Assembly: GCF_001194135.2 (NCBI RefSeq)
Contig: NC_068996.1
Span: 27,778,107 to 27,842,106, forward strand
Length of the DNA stretch: 64,000 nucleotides
From: Octopus bimaculoides
Lineage: Eukaryota
Direction of reading: 5' to 3'
Below the pieces are notes generated by a model that saw nothing but the letters and a program-made list of their open reading frames with translations, was not told the origin of the DNA and made no database searches. Positions within the stretch are counted from its first letter, which is position 1, and every line of letters begins with the position of its first letter. Positions 11,103 through 24,832 of the stretch are shown in pieces. Position numbers and translations under genes: made by a program.

Positions 11103-14058
11103 AAATACTTGTCTCTATTCTCAGTAATTAACATCTTTTATTTTCTTTCATGAATAATTTTCTTTGAGAAGAGACAAGGCAAGAAATTATCAATGTATTT
11201 TTTACTGTTTTTATAGGATAATCTTTCAATATATTTTCAGATTGTCTTGAAGTGCCATATTTACATATATTGCATATCTTTAGGTTGTGCTGTTAGTAGT
11301 GGAGAGAGGGGAGACTTTCTTCCATAAGCAACTACCATTCTTTCTTGGAGGGGAAAAAAAAAGCCTTGGCTTGTGTATGGTTAATGCTGGCATCTGTTGA
11401 AGTTATTCATAGTTCTTACATTATTCTCAGCATCTTCATTTTTAAAGAAAACTGAAAAACTGGAAGATGGAAAGAAAAAGACTATGAAGTCAAGAAAGAC
11501 AGAAATGGAATATATCATACTTTAATCCCTAAACTTCTGGCATAAAACCTCCCCACTTAATACTACAACTCCTTTTCATTCAATTGGTGGGGCTCATCTT
11601 GCGAGTTACTTGCCAATCTCTCTAGTGTAAAAAAAACCCTGTAAAGTGGTTGGTGTTATGAAGGGCATCCAGCTGTACAAACCATGTCAAGTGGTTATTG
11701 GAGCTTGATGGATTGTTGGTTCCTGTTGAACCATCACGCCCATGCCAGTTTAGAAAATGGACATTAAATGATAGTTAGAAAAGTATTATGTCAGCAGGAG
11801 ACAAAATTTCTTTTGCTAATTAGTCAAAGCATTCTCAGTGGAAGCTGAGTCTTGGTAGTTGTTGTAGTGATGACTGTAAACCATGTCTGTGTGATGCAAA
11901 CCTACATTAACTTTGTTTCTGAGATAAATGAAAGTAATACTGAAACTATTGTAGTCTTGTCCTATGGAACATGGTTTACTTTATTTTGAATCACAATTGG
12001 TGACCTAGTATTGTTGTGTACAGCTTTCCATCAAGGTCAGTCAATGATGTGAACTGTTTCACACCATTTTCAATGGCAAAATGACAGGAAGTGCCTGAAA
12101 CTTAGTGCAGAACAAATATTACAGAGGTCTTGGGACTTAATTTGAAAGATAGTACCTTTTACTTTTCGTTTCCAAAGTTCTCTTTTGCTGAAATAAACAT
12201 ACATTGGCAAATGACACACACACACCACTACCTACCTTCTGCATAGTACCAGTCTATCAAATTTCACTTACTAGCCATTGGTCAACCAGATACTGGTAGA
12301 AGATGATTATTCTAGGTACTACACTGTGGGATTGGGGATTGAACTTGAAATCATATGACTGGCAAGCTATAGTCATATGAGTGCATAAGTATATTCTTGG
12401 TGAAGAATGGTTTCTAAGGGAGAGAAAACAGATTATGACTCTTCATATTTTTATGGGGAGGTAATTATTGAACAAACTATTCCTGTTCTTGTGGGATAGA
12501 CTTAATTTGTTACCAAGTTTAACACCACCTTAGGTACCTTTTGGTGGAGTTCAGTTTATAGCAAGGATTTAAGCTAGGTGTCTGATCTAGAAAGAACCTA
12601 AATATGGTTACAGGCATTACTTTTCCATTTCTGCTTAAAGAAATATATGGTTGCAGTAGGGAGTGAAGAATGGATTATAGATTCAGTTTGCCAAACACTT
12701 AACAGCTGTTTTATAGCTGTTGCCATTATATTGAAGCCTCTGTTTACTGCAATAAAGATTTACAGGTTCATTCCTAGCGTAATTTACAAAAATATCTTGC
12801 AAAACAATGGGAATTCTCTTTCTCACATATGCACACAGTGTAGTGGTCTGTAAAAATACAAAAGATGGTTTAATAATCAGGCTAATTGGTACTAATTATT
12901 ACTACCAATAAACATGAAAAAGATGTTCATCAGTTTTATTTTATTCTAGTGGTTGATCTGTGTTAGCTTGAAAATATCATTAACTATGTTTAAGTATTAA
13001 CTGTTTATGTATTCAATGATATTTTTTTTTTTTTACATACACGTTGGAGTTTGATTAGATGTAATTTACATTTAGCTATTGATTTAGAATTAATTGATGA
13101 TTAACCCACTTTTATCTGTTAACTTTAACAAGCTGTTAATGTTAAAAATTATTTTCTATATAGATGTGTTATTTAATCTTTTCTTTAAAAAAACATTTTT
13201 TACTCCAATCCTTCACTAAATCCACATTTCTGGAAATTTTAAAACTGTTGAAAAGTCTTAATTCAAACTTAATCAGGACAAACTTTTATCATTTGCATCA
13301 TCTTTCTGTCTTTAAAATTAAAAGAATTTCCATTTCTTTTGTCCTCCATTCTTTAGTTTCTAAACTGTAATTGTCACAGAATGTTTCATAATAGCACATT
13401 TTTTTTTATTTGTCCACCAAGTCAGTTTAAATGACCTCCTAATACCAAACATAGGAGTTCTTGATATTTTTATTGTTTTTGTTTTGGTCACTTTTCATAT
13501 ATCATTGTCATTTCATTCTCTTTTATCAACTGATGTAGATGGCACTTTATTTTGTGCTTTTTTTTTTATGAAGTTCAGCAAAAATTGTGATTTTGGACCA
13601 GCTTGATGTCTGGTAATTTAAGAACAATCTACCAACTTCTGCAGAGTTATTTCATTGAACTTAGAAAAATAATTCTAGTGTAAACAATTTCATTTCATTG
13701 TTTTTTTCTTTTAGATAAAATTAAGATAAATCAACGAAATACTTATACTTCCATTCCTCCCACACCAAACTTTTGCTTTTGTATCACTGCTTATTTTATT
13801 GGACTTTTTGATTTTTTTTTTTCTTTATTTTCGAGAACTGCAGTGTTAAAGGCATTCAGCTGTTTTTATTACTTATTTTGTTTTGGCAATTTTATTCTTT
13901 CTTTCTCTTTCACTCAGTTTTCTGTCTCTTCACTTTGTGTTTTTTTTTAATGTTATTTTTTGTTGTGCTATTTACTCTCTCATCTCTTCCTATCTTTCAC
14001 TTTTTCTTTGTCTATCTTTGTTGCCTCTCTACATTTTTCTTTCTGTATATGTCATCAG

Positions 14059-14160
14059 CTTCGTTACAAATGTAAAGTGCTGCTACATTTATATTTAAAT
14101 GCTTCATTTCTCTTTCCAATCTTTGCTTACCTTGCGGCTTACTTTACTTTACTTGCGACG
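14059..14160 (+). other. MAPK8IP3: Candidate 102-nt poison (PTC) exon
   Basis: 139-nt AG-free pyrimidine tract (13918-14056) ends at catcag|; donor ACG|GTAAGT. In the phase-1 frame it reads ASLQM* (TAA at 14073-14075). Confidence 0.45.
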
Positions 14161-15357
14161 GTAAGTCATTCTTCAACTATTTGTAAATAATTCTAGAGGA
14201 GTTTTATCAGCTCTTTGTCTCATTCTCCACCCCTCTTCTATGTCCTTCCTATTTGTCTTTATCTCTCTCATACTTTGAATTCTCAGCTATGTAGAAATAT
14301 TTCCTTATTGGTAGTGTCGACCTTTTTAGTTGTCATTAGTCGTATTTCTTCTCCCTTTGCTTATTGTGACCAAGTACACATTGTGACCAAGTACACATGT
14401 AAACCAAGTTTTTGTCTACTCTCCTTACACATACCCAAAAGCATGCTTATTTACTGTATGTAGCAATGTATTGTACATGTTACATCATGTGCTTTCTCTA
14501 GTTTGATTTTTTTTTAAACTTTAAATTTTGTTTTTAAACTAAAAATTTGAAGTTTTAATGATGAACTGTATAAAGTGAATTGAAGATTTTGATATTGACA
14601 ATATGTGTTATAGTTTTAACTGAATCTTGTCCTTCTGTATAAGGGCTGGTTATGGTAGTTTTCAATGGATCATTTTGATTTTTCAATGCTACTAACTATT
14701 ATGGAATATTGTGAATGTCATCAAAAATGGACCTCAAAATAAACAAATATGAAATGGAAAAAATAGTGATTTTCTTGACATGCAAATTAAAATCAGTTGG
14801 TCATAGCATTTGTTGAAATACTTTGGTCACCTGTGTTCATATGACACACTACAATCACAGAAGTTACTGATTGAAGCATTATTCAATTATTGCTTTGGGC
14901 ATGACCATTCCATCTTTACTGCATATTTTGGACTTGTTGCAGATGGTGTCTATTTTGAAAACAGTACAGATTTTGTAGTCATTTGACTTGGGTAACAGGT
15001 AACCACCAAGTCCTTCAACAAAGAAATTCTCTGGCTCATTTGGTCCCTATTTTAATGACATTAGGAAAATTTAGTTATACTGAGCAAGTCATGTAATTGC
15101 AGTGGATCTCTATGAATGACCCATACATATCATAATTTTATTAAATGAAAAGAAATTGAGGAAGCAGCTCACTCTATACAAGTCATTGTCAGTTTTTTTC
15201 TTTTTATATACTTATACAAGTCATTGATTAACTAAAACATTATAGTAAGTGGTGTTATAATTTATAATGGGCTTGCAGTTTTGTGAAGTTACAATTTAAA
15301 ATAAGCCAAAGTACAATTGAAGTAAAAATTAAATATACAACTTCATTGTATTGCTGC

Positions 15358-16559
15358 ATGAGGGTTGGCTGAAAAATTCATAGGCTGATCACGATAAACT
15401 CATGGGATGTGACCAAATGAGGTTTATTTTTCAACATAGTCCCCACTTGCAGTCCACACACTTCTTCCATCAGTGTTGCAGTGCTTGGGTCTCATTGGTC
15501 AAAAAAAGTCACCAACAGCAGATATGATGGCATCATCACTGTGAGACTTGTTCCCAGCCAATTGTTTTCCCATGTTGAGGAACAGATGAGTCTGGTGGGG
15601 CCAAATCAGAATAGGTAGGGTGACCAACCAGTTCAAAGCCACAGTCATGCACAGCAGCCATTGAGAGCAAGGACTCGTGTACTGGAGTATTGTCCTAATG
15701 AAACAAGGCCCCTTTTGTCAGTTTTTCTGGGAGTTTGCTCTTGATGTCCTTTGATAACTGCCTCAACAAGTTGGCTTAATACTTCCATTGATCATGTAGC
15801 CTTTCTGAAGAGAGTCGATAAACACAATACCTTTTGCAGCCCAGAACACCGAGGCCATCACTTCCCCTGCAAATGAAATGACCGTGGCCTTCTTTGGAGC
15901 AGGTGGGGAAGGGGTGTTTCCATGGCATAGATTATCTCTTTGTGCCTTACTCAGTGATGAACCTGGATTTGCCTGAAACAGTGTCAGATTTTCCTGTGAT
16001 GTGATGTGATCAGCCTGGTGTGCTTTTGATTAGGTGTCAGATGTGGCACCTACCAAGCAGAAACCTTTGTCATGCCAAGTCCATTGTGTAAAAGGTTCTC
16101 AACTCTTACGGGACATGCTAATAGCATTGGCTATTTGATTTATAGTCATTTGGCTGTCATACATCACCATATGGTGAACATAATGTTTTCCTCGATGGTG
16201 ACAGTTGCAGACGTCATCTTCAAGATTCTCTCCCTTCCCCTCGTAAATTCAGCTGTCCATTTTTGCACTGTTGATAAAGCTGGAGTCATCCCCTAATGCA
16301 GCAACCTGTTAGCATGAATGTTGATGGGGCCCAGACCCTTTTTTCTGCAGGTACTTGATAATACCATGATGTTAAATTTTGTCTGTTTTCAAAAGAAGTT
16401 GCTACTGGTTATTTTTGAAGTCTTTGAACAGTCAAATGTCAGTTTACTTGGAAAGAAGCAATATAGTTATTAATAAAGAGTTGAAATTGATACATACAAA
16501 ATTTCACAGCTCTCGCATCACTCCTTCATGGTATATGAACTTCTCAATCCACCCTTGTA
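15358..16559 (-). mobile_element. Decayed, near full-length mariner transposon
   Basis: Imperfect TIRs atgagggttggctgaaaaattcata / tatgaacttctcaatccacccttgta. The - strand gives a disrupted DNTPVHES...AAVHDCGFELVGHPTYSDLAP, resembling mariner DNAPAH...HPPYSPDLAP. Confidence 0.85.
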
Positions 16560-17437
16560 TATATGCACACAAACACTTGAACAAAAACGAGAAAAAGCCA
16601 AATGAACATTGATTAGGAAGGTTACTTATTGGCTTAGTCAGAGGGAAAAAGAGTAGTACCCTTGATTCTTTTTTTTAGAAATTACTCTAACTGGCAAGAG
16701 GAAGTTCTCAGATTAGACATGTTTTTAGAATGCATACAGCAGATTAGATTCAACTAAAAGTGCCATTAGGCCAAGCGGTGATGTTAAACAGAGTGGTGGA
16801 TTAAATCTACCACCTACCCAAGAACAGAAGTGGCCTCTCACTGAACAGGTTTCCACATGATTTCCATCTACCAAGCTTTGATCACCTTTAAACTATGGTG
16901 CAAAAATATATACTTGTTCAAGATGCTGTGTAGTTGAATTGAACCTAAAACTACATAGTTGAGAAGCAGTCTTCTAAATCACATGACCATTTTGTTGGAA
17001 GAGGTGTTTTTTTTTTTGTTCAGATGCCTTTCTCATCTACTAAAACCATTATGAAGTTCAAGTGGTACATGCATTCATATATGATTTATTTAACTAAGAC
17101 TGTCTGTCTCAAAATGTCTTGTGTACAGAGTTCTTAGCTACAACCTATTAAATAAATAAATAAAAAAACTTTATTCACTAACCACATCAACTGATAGAAA
17201 ATCAATTGGTTGAGGCTAATGCATGGCAGGAATGTTTGGGAAATTAAAAATATAAATGCTTGATATTTTGACCATTTGAAAATGTTGCATGTATCATGCA
17301 GTTCTCTTTTTGGAGTGTCTAATATTTTTCCTTTGATTTGTTGAAGATTATTATTATTTCTTTCTTTCATGCATTTGCACTATTTCACACCCCACCTATA
17401 CATCACCTAGTGATTATTTATATTATTTATACATAAT

Positions 17438-17770
17438 AGGTGCAGATTAATAGGTTGTGTAGTAAGATGTTTGCTTCCCCACTATGGTTCTGGGTTCAGT
17501 CCCACTGCTTGGCACCTTGGGCAAGCTTCTTCTACTATAGCCTTTGGTTGACCAAAGCCTTGTGTGTGGATCTGGTGGACGGAAACTAAAAGAAGACTTT
17601 GTGTGTGTGTGTATTAATGTCCTTGTAACTTAATTCAACAAGAAACCAATAGAATAAATACCAAGCTTTAAAGAAAAAATGTACTGGAGTTGATTGATTT
17701 GACTAAATTTCCTCAAAATGGTGTCTTAGTATGGCTGTAGTCTAATGACTGGAACAAGTAAAAGATAATG
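17438..17770 (+). mobile_element. tRNA-derived SINE
   Basis: GGTTCAGTCCCACTGC..GGCACCTTGGGCAAG..CTACTATAGCC body shared with 48775-49125. Confidence 0.8.
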
Positions 17771-17806
17771 AAATTCACTTCCATCAAATATTATATATGT
17801 GCATAT

Positions 17807-17857
<51 letters not shown>

Positions 17858-17889
17858 TCTGTATGTATAATATATGTATTATAAGTATG

Positions 17890-18545
17890 TATTGTAGGCC
17901 CCAGCTCGTATCCGAGCATTGGGTTCGTCAGTTTCCATTCAGTCTCCTTGGCTGGTATTTGTGCTGAAAGTGACTTTGGGGTTCAAGTCAGTGTTGAAAG
18001 AGTCGTGGGCAGAACTTGCACGGAATGGTTGGTCAAGGATGTTGAAGATGCTCCTTTCTTCTCCTGTGTTTTGCCTCTCATTCTATTGTCTGCTTGAAGG
18101 AGCTAGCTCCATTGTGAACAGTGGCCCTCCAAGCTGTCCTATTTATGGAAATTTGTTCCCATGAGGATGGCTGGCTGTTATCTTGAGCCAAGGTCCGTTT
18201 GAACTGGTTTTTAAAACAGAATTTTGGACTTCCTCTGGGTCTTGTTCCAATTCCAAGTTCTCAGTAGAACATGCTCCTTGGGAGTTGAGAGGGCTCTATA
18301 CACTGGACGTGACCTGCCCAGCAGAGATGGTGGCAAAAAACGGTGGCTTCGATACTTGGTAGTTAGGCGTGGCGAAGAACCTCATTGGTAACGTGATCTT
18401 CCCATTGTGTGTTGAGGATTTGTCATAGCTTCAATTGCTGGAAGTATTCAAGGCACTTGAAGTCATGGTGGTACACCATCCAAGTCTCACAAGCATAGAG
18501 TAGAGTTGACAGGACAATGGCACAGAAGACCGTGATCTTTGTCCG
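17890..18545 (-). mobile_element. RTE-clade LINE, 3' fragment
   Basis: TKITVFCAIVLSTLLYACETW...QILNTQWEDHVTNEVL...WAGHV...ELGIGTRPRG is the C-terminal part of an RTE reverse transcriptase; it contains stops. Confidence 0.85.
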
Positions 18546-18830
18546 AATGATGTATCGTATGTATGTATGATGTATCGTGTGACGTGACATATGGGTGTGA
18601 TGTGATGTGACGTGACATATGGGTGTGATGTGATGTGACGTGACATATGGGTGTGATGTGACGTGATGTATGGATGTGATGCGACGTGATGGATGGGTGT
18701 GATGTATGGATCTGAGGTGATGTATGGATCTGAGGTGATGTATGGATGTGGTGTGATACATGGGTGTCATGTATGGATGTAATGTGATGTATTGATGTGG
18801 TGTGATGTGAGGTAGGAATGTGACGTGATG
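18546..18830. repeat. 28-nt minisatellite built from GTGAT/GTGAC pentamers
   Basis: GTGACGTGACATATGGGTGTGATGTGAT at 18579, 18607 and 18635, decaying rightwards. Confidence 0.9.
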
Positions 18831-19553
18831 TATATCTTGTTTGTGTTATATGTTGTGTGTGTTAAGTCAGGTCTTCTATTAATAAATTTAGAACTTCATT
18901 TGAAAATGGCATGGTGTGTGTGTTTTCATGAAATGGTATAAATATATTGCTTTGAATATTCACATTTAAAACAAGAAACAATTCACATCAACCTTTGATT
19001 TCCAAACATGTTATTATCATATTCATCCTGTTCATTTAACCATCACAAACTATTTATTACATCAGAATTTTCTTTTTTGTGTTTTAATTTTCTACACTAT
19101 TTAAATCAGTCCATTCTGTAATTACAGCTAGATGATTATGGAAAAAGTTGGCTGAAATATAGTGTAGAAAATAACTAACTATTGGAGTAGTCTAACTATT
19201 GGATATCTGAAAGTACTAACTATTGGATATCTGAAAGTACTTTAACCATAACACATCACAACTATTTAGATAATGAACAATTGAAACTGACTTAGAAACT
19301 AACTTAAAAACTAGCACAAACCAAGTCTCTGCACAATTCATAGCAATCAATGCATCATATTTTAAATTCTTTTTTTGTATTATTTTATAGATGTCCTGTT
19401 GCATTTTCTTCTAAATTTAAACTTTTAAAAATAAAAATAATCAGATTTTTTAAAGAACTAGTTATATTTGGTTGTATCTTATTTTTTCTGTCAATTAAAT
19501 GCATAAACTTTTGAAACAGTAGTTTAAAATAAATTCATAATTTCTGATTTCAG

Positions 19554-19656
19554 TATTAGACCGTACACCAAATGCTATAATTCCAAACACACCTGAGCTT
19601 GATGAACCTGCAGAAGCTCTAAGCCAAGCTAATGCAGCAAATAAAAAGAATGTCAA
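19554..19656 (+). CDS. MAPK8IP3: JIP3/4 exon (LDRTPNAIIPNTPELDEPAEALSQANAANKKNV)
   Basis: tttcag|TA...GTCAA|GTATGT; phase 1 to 2; AIIPNTPELD resembles JIP4 AIIESTPELD. Confidence 0.93.
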
Positions 19657-21751
19657 GTATGTTTTTCTTTATTATTATTATTGTTGTTGTTGTTTATAGA
19701 AGTGGATTGACAGAACCATTATTGTTGAGAAAATGTTTTTTTTTTTTTTCCACTTTACATTCTGTGATCAAATCCTACTTAGGTTAATTTTGCCTTTCAT
19801 TCTTTATAGGTTAAAATATATTAGTCAATGAGTGGGGTCAATAGTATCAAACAATCCTTCCCCTCAAAATTGTTTGGCTTTTGCTTAAATCAAACTTATG
19901 ATTAAAATCTTAAGGCAGCAAACTAGCAGAATTGTTAAAACATAAAAGACCAGGAGAAATGCTTCTAAGTATTTTGTTCAGTGCACTACATTCAAATCTC
20001 ATGGAGGTCAACTTGGCCTTTAATCCTTCTGGGAATGATAAAGTACCAATCGAGTGGGGTTGATGGTATTGATGAACCCCATCCCTTCAAGATTGCTGGC
20101 CTTTTACTTAATTTAGAAACCATTATTATCATCATCATAAATAATTTTGTTAAAAATTAATTATTGGTTTTGTATAGGTGAAGACTTCATAATCAATAAG
20201 GCTTTGGGTAAAACACCTGACAATATTGAATTTTATTCCTCACAATTGTCCTTGCCAGGGTTAAATATGCCATCTCATCTTTTCCAGTCAGTAAAATACC
20301 AATGGCATCATCATACTGTTGAATCAACTATACACCCTTTTCAAATTTATAGCCTTCTTCCATTGTAAGAAATAGCTGTTTCTAGATTCGTAAAGTACAG
20401 TCTAGTTCGGTCCTTCATCACCGTCCTCTTACTTATATGCAATAAAAGAACAGTTATTGACTGTTTTATATGTCCAATAGCTTCAATGTCCTTCTTATTG
20501 AGTGATTCATTCCTCCATCCATGTTGATGCCATTGATGACAGAAAATTGATGGCAAGATAGTGTGTGTGCAAGGGTATTGTTGACTTATTAGTTCTTGTG
20601 ATTTCTCATGTTTTTGTCTCACTTCTAGCCATTTTAAAGATTGTCTTCAACTCGTCTCTGTATAACAGCAGTAAAGACATTCATGTGGTCTTCTTCTCAG
20701 TGGTAGATTTGCTGAAGGGTTTTTGACAAAGGAACCTCTTTCTTTCTAACCACCTGGTCCTATTCACTGCAGTCGGTGTTTGATTATGGATTCTGTATTT
20801 CAGTCGTTGGTTTTTTTTTTTTTTAGGATAGCTTTTTTTTTTATATGAAGAAACTTGATATCTCAACAATAAAGTCTCCATGTTTCACAACTATAATAAC
20901 TGTTAAAAAGAAATCTCATTTGAAAATACTTCAAATTCAAAGATTGCCATATCAACAGTATATTATGCAGATAGTAATTTCTTTCAAAGACAACTAACAG
21001 TCAATACTACTCCCCTTTTGGTTGATGTGGGTTTTGTCTTGAGAGTAATTTGTAACCTCAGTAGTGCTAGTGCTATAACAAAAGCACTTTCCACTAAGTC
21101 GAGGGGTCTTGTTTTGTAAATACTTTGAAATCTCAGTAGTACTGGTGTCATGACAGCACTCAGTCCGCTCTGTAAGGTACTTTAGGAAGAGCATCCAGGC
21201 TCATTGGTTCCTGTCAAACGATTCAATCCATATGCTGTCAGGTGAAGCTTGAAATAAATTTGATTCTACTCTCAGTATAGGGTTCAACCTTTGGTACACA
21301 TTGTTAATTTCATACTTGTTTCAAAATAACACAATTCAATGTATTTTCTGTGCTGTAGAGTAGTTGCAAAGGGTATTCAGCAATAAAAACTATGCCAAAA
21401 CAAAATATCACAAAACAAAATTGATCAGTTTCATGTATGTGCATAAGATGTAAGCTGGAGTGTGGCAAGCAGTGACACACAGTGACACCCATCCAGACTA
21501 TGTTAGGGGGGAGGTGGGGAGTGTGTGTGGGGAATCAGTGAATGAGTTTGTGTGTTTATGCACATAAATATGTGATGGTTATTTGCTGTGTGTGCATGTA
21601 CACATTTTCATAAATATACAGTAGTTTGATATAAACAGGATATCCATTTTTGGTAACAAAGCATATAATTCAATTGTCTCTCTTCATTTATTTAGCAAAT
21701 TAAATTTTAAAAAAATCTTTTTCTAAGGAGTCATTGTTCTTTTGCTTGCAG

Positions 21752-21837
21752 AATAAATAATGAATCTATATACAATGAGTTTGCAATGCAAGATTCAGAT
21801 CTCATCGGTGATGTTGACTTTGGTGCTGATATAACTG
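21752..21837 (+). CDS. MAPK8IP3: JIP3/4 exon (INNESIYNEFAMQDSDLIGDVDFGADIT)
   Basis: ttgcag|A...CTG|GTAAGT; phase 2 to 1; matches the family motif NTESLFEELS...LIGDVDEGADL. Confidence 0.95.
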
Positions 21838-22555
21838 GTAAGTAGGTGTTTTGTTAATTAACCTTATTGTTGATGCTAAGGGGCTGATTGATATATTTAT
21901 TATACTTATATATTCTTTTGATGAATATTCTTGAGAAGCTTCGAGGGTGAGAAGGGATGAATGGTGGGGAAAAAATGTAAAACTTAATTTTAAGACAATA
22001 TTTGAATAATATTCAGTTAAGTGTGATGTTAGAATTTTTTTGTTTTGAGCCAGTTATTTTCTTTCTCTGACTCTCTCACTCATGCAGTTCCCAATTTGGG
22101 ATAGTACTTTGGCAGTATGGCTAACAAATTTTAGGATTCTTGATTCTTTGTCACTGTGCAACACATTAGGCAAGTGCTTTTCACAGTGTCTTGTGAATGA
22201 AAATTGGTAGATATAAACTATATAGAAACCTGTCATATTATTTGAATAGGGAATTATATAATGTGTAGTTAACCATTCAATGAGTAGTGATCAATAAAAT
22301 ATAAATTGTGAACTGATATAATTGAGTAATAAGTTTGAATACAGTGCTGAAGCACAGTCTTAGTCCAAGGACTGTAAATTAGTGGAGTGGACAATTATGG
22401 ACCTTTTGGTAATTTCAAGTTAAAATAGCTTTGATATAAATTACTATCAATCAGTAGACACTTATTCAATAGCCTCTGTATACTTCAATCCATATTGCAG
22501 TCAGTGTCTTTTGATTGTTTTTTCTTAAAGTTGACATTCTTACCATTTTATACAG

Positions 22556-22591
22556 GTAGTGCAGTCAATCCTGGAGAATATGCTTCCTCAG
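22556..22591 (+). CDS. MAPK8IP3: 36-nt microexon (GSAVNPGEYASS)
   Basis: ttttatacag|GT...TCAG|GTATTT; phase 1-1, stop-free, GC-richer than its T-rich flanks; GEYAS resembles vertebrate JIP3 GEFS at the same position (recalled). Confidence 0.75.
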
Positions 22592-24783
22592 GTATTTACA
22601 ATTTTTTCATATTCTATATATAACATATTCATTTGCTTTCAATCAATGATGAGTTATGTGTTTATAGTTTTCAAGTTCCATTGTGCATGTTTTATATTGT
22701 CTTAATTTGTTAATAATTTGTCTTTGTGAATTAAATTTTTTTTTTCTCTCCATATCTTTGTCAAATTGGCTAGTTCAGTTTTGGAGATAAATTCTCATGT
22801 ATTTCATTAATGAAATCTAAAAAAAAAAAAAAAATTCAATTTTGCTGGCAATTTTTTTCATTCATTTTTTTCATTTATTTTCATAAGGTCCCATGGAAAG
22901 TGTGAAAGAAATTCTGTACATTTCCTTGAAAAAAAAAAAACTGGCTTTATCTTTATCTTTTCATTTGTTTCTAAATCTAATTTACAATTCTTGCGTATCT
23001 CATGTTGAGATTTGTTTTTGAGTAATTTATTCATTATTTTATTCATCTTTATGATATCAGATTTTCATTATTTTTAACACAATGGGAATAACATTGTTCA
23101 ATGTTTTTTTAAATTTTTTTTTTATTTATGTTTAAAATCACATCAAGTGGTTATTTAAATATACATTTTCTACTATGACATTTATTAATGTTCATTTTCT
23201 ACTATCTTTGACATTATCATCTCATTTCCTCATTTGTTACTAATTTCAGTTGGATATCTTGAAGTTTACTATGCTGCATTGAAAATAAAGAAAAAATTAA
23301 ATTATGTTCCACTGCATAGCATCTTGGGCAAGTGTCTTTGATAGCCCTGGGTCTATAAATGCCTTATGAGTGAATTCAGTAGACAGAAACTACAAGAAAA
23401 CCTTTTGATGTATGTGTGTGTGTGTGTGTGTGTTGATTTCTCACTGCTTGGCAACTAGTGTAAGTTTGTTCCACTGGTTTTGCCGATAGAAGTACCAGAT
23501 TTACATACTGGAATTGATGTGATCAACTGAAAAATCCTTTGAGGCAGTGTCCCAGCATGGCTGCAGTCCAATGACTAAAACATATAGAATAAAAAAACAT
23601 AATTGTTATTTACTCATATGAAAACATATTGTAGTCATGTGAATGCATGCATGTACAAACAATGAACATTATTTTTTATTTCGAAATTTTTTGATGCAGT
23701 GTGGTAAACTTTGGGCTATTCCACATTTCTGCAACAATTGTGTCACAATGCTTTTCAACATTTAGTTTGAGCCCTACTTTCTAGATCAAGTCTCCTGGGG
23801 AATTAGCCATAATATTTCTATTTGAAATCAGTAAAGTAAAAGTAATTAAACTTGGGTTTGGTTCACTGATGTCATCCTCATTGAATTTGTCTTTTACCAA
23901 TGTAAGGAGTTGGCAATGATTAAGGTGCTAGGCTAAAATCACATTTTCACATAACTGCATACTGATTTCATGAGTTGCTAGTGTCAACTTTTTCTCTCAT
24001 CTCAGAGGTTGATAAAATACTGCCTCTTATTATTGCATAGTAATTGTAAGACCATCGTCTCTATTTAAATCTTTGGCTTTGTCGGTCAGGGAGAGAAATA
24101 TAGTGGCTGCCAACTTTCTACTTCTCAACATTGCATGCTGCCTCCCTATAAACCACCTGTTTCCACTATGTGTTATAGTTTTCAGGCACTGAAGGCGATG
24201 TTGACATTTCTTGTTGCCATTTTTCTTAACTGTGTACTGCTATCAATGTTAAATGTAGAAAGAAAAGAAGAAAAACAAAAAAACTCACCTTACAAGGCAA
24301 TTATAGAACTATAGTATATAAAATCTTCACTTTTGGTTACAATGTCTCTGGAGATGAATAGAAAAAAAAATGAATGTATGTCTGTTGTTTCTGCAATACT
24401 GTTGCTTGATTCAACAAATTAAAGTTTAACACTAAAATGTAAGCAATGCACAAATACTGAGAGCCCTCTTTTTCAAATAGAAGATGAGGGCAGTAACTCC
24501 ATAGAAGAAATTAATTAAAAAAATAAAGCAAAAAATATCCAAAAGAAGAGAAGAAAATTATATCATTCTGTTTCACTTTCTTCTGAAAAAGCAAAACTTT
24601 TAGATGACTCTTAGTCATTTTGGCAATACAGTATCAATCACTTTCAATGAACATATTTAGATTCTATATTCTTGGATTCCTTGACTGTCCACTCACTGCA
24701 CAGTCACTGTTTTATTATAATCTCACTGCTTGCATTACCATTGTTCTGTTAGGCAAGGCATTCATGTTTTTTTTTTCCCTTTC

Positions 24784-24832
<49 letters not shown>

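Noticed and set aside
13960-14190. Hydrophobic phase-0 reading of the 102-nt exon (LRYKCKVLL...LLAT)
   Set aside because: The flanking introns are phase 1, so this frame cannot join the JIP3/4 ORF.
15221-15244. 24-nt exon candidate with an ATA|GTAAGT donor
   Set aside because: AAG acceptor and in-frame TAA, and it sits in a short local duplication; likely chance.
23250-23335. TACTAAT plus tttcag acceptor
   Set aside because: No acceptable in-phase donor; the frame runs into a SINE and stops.
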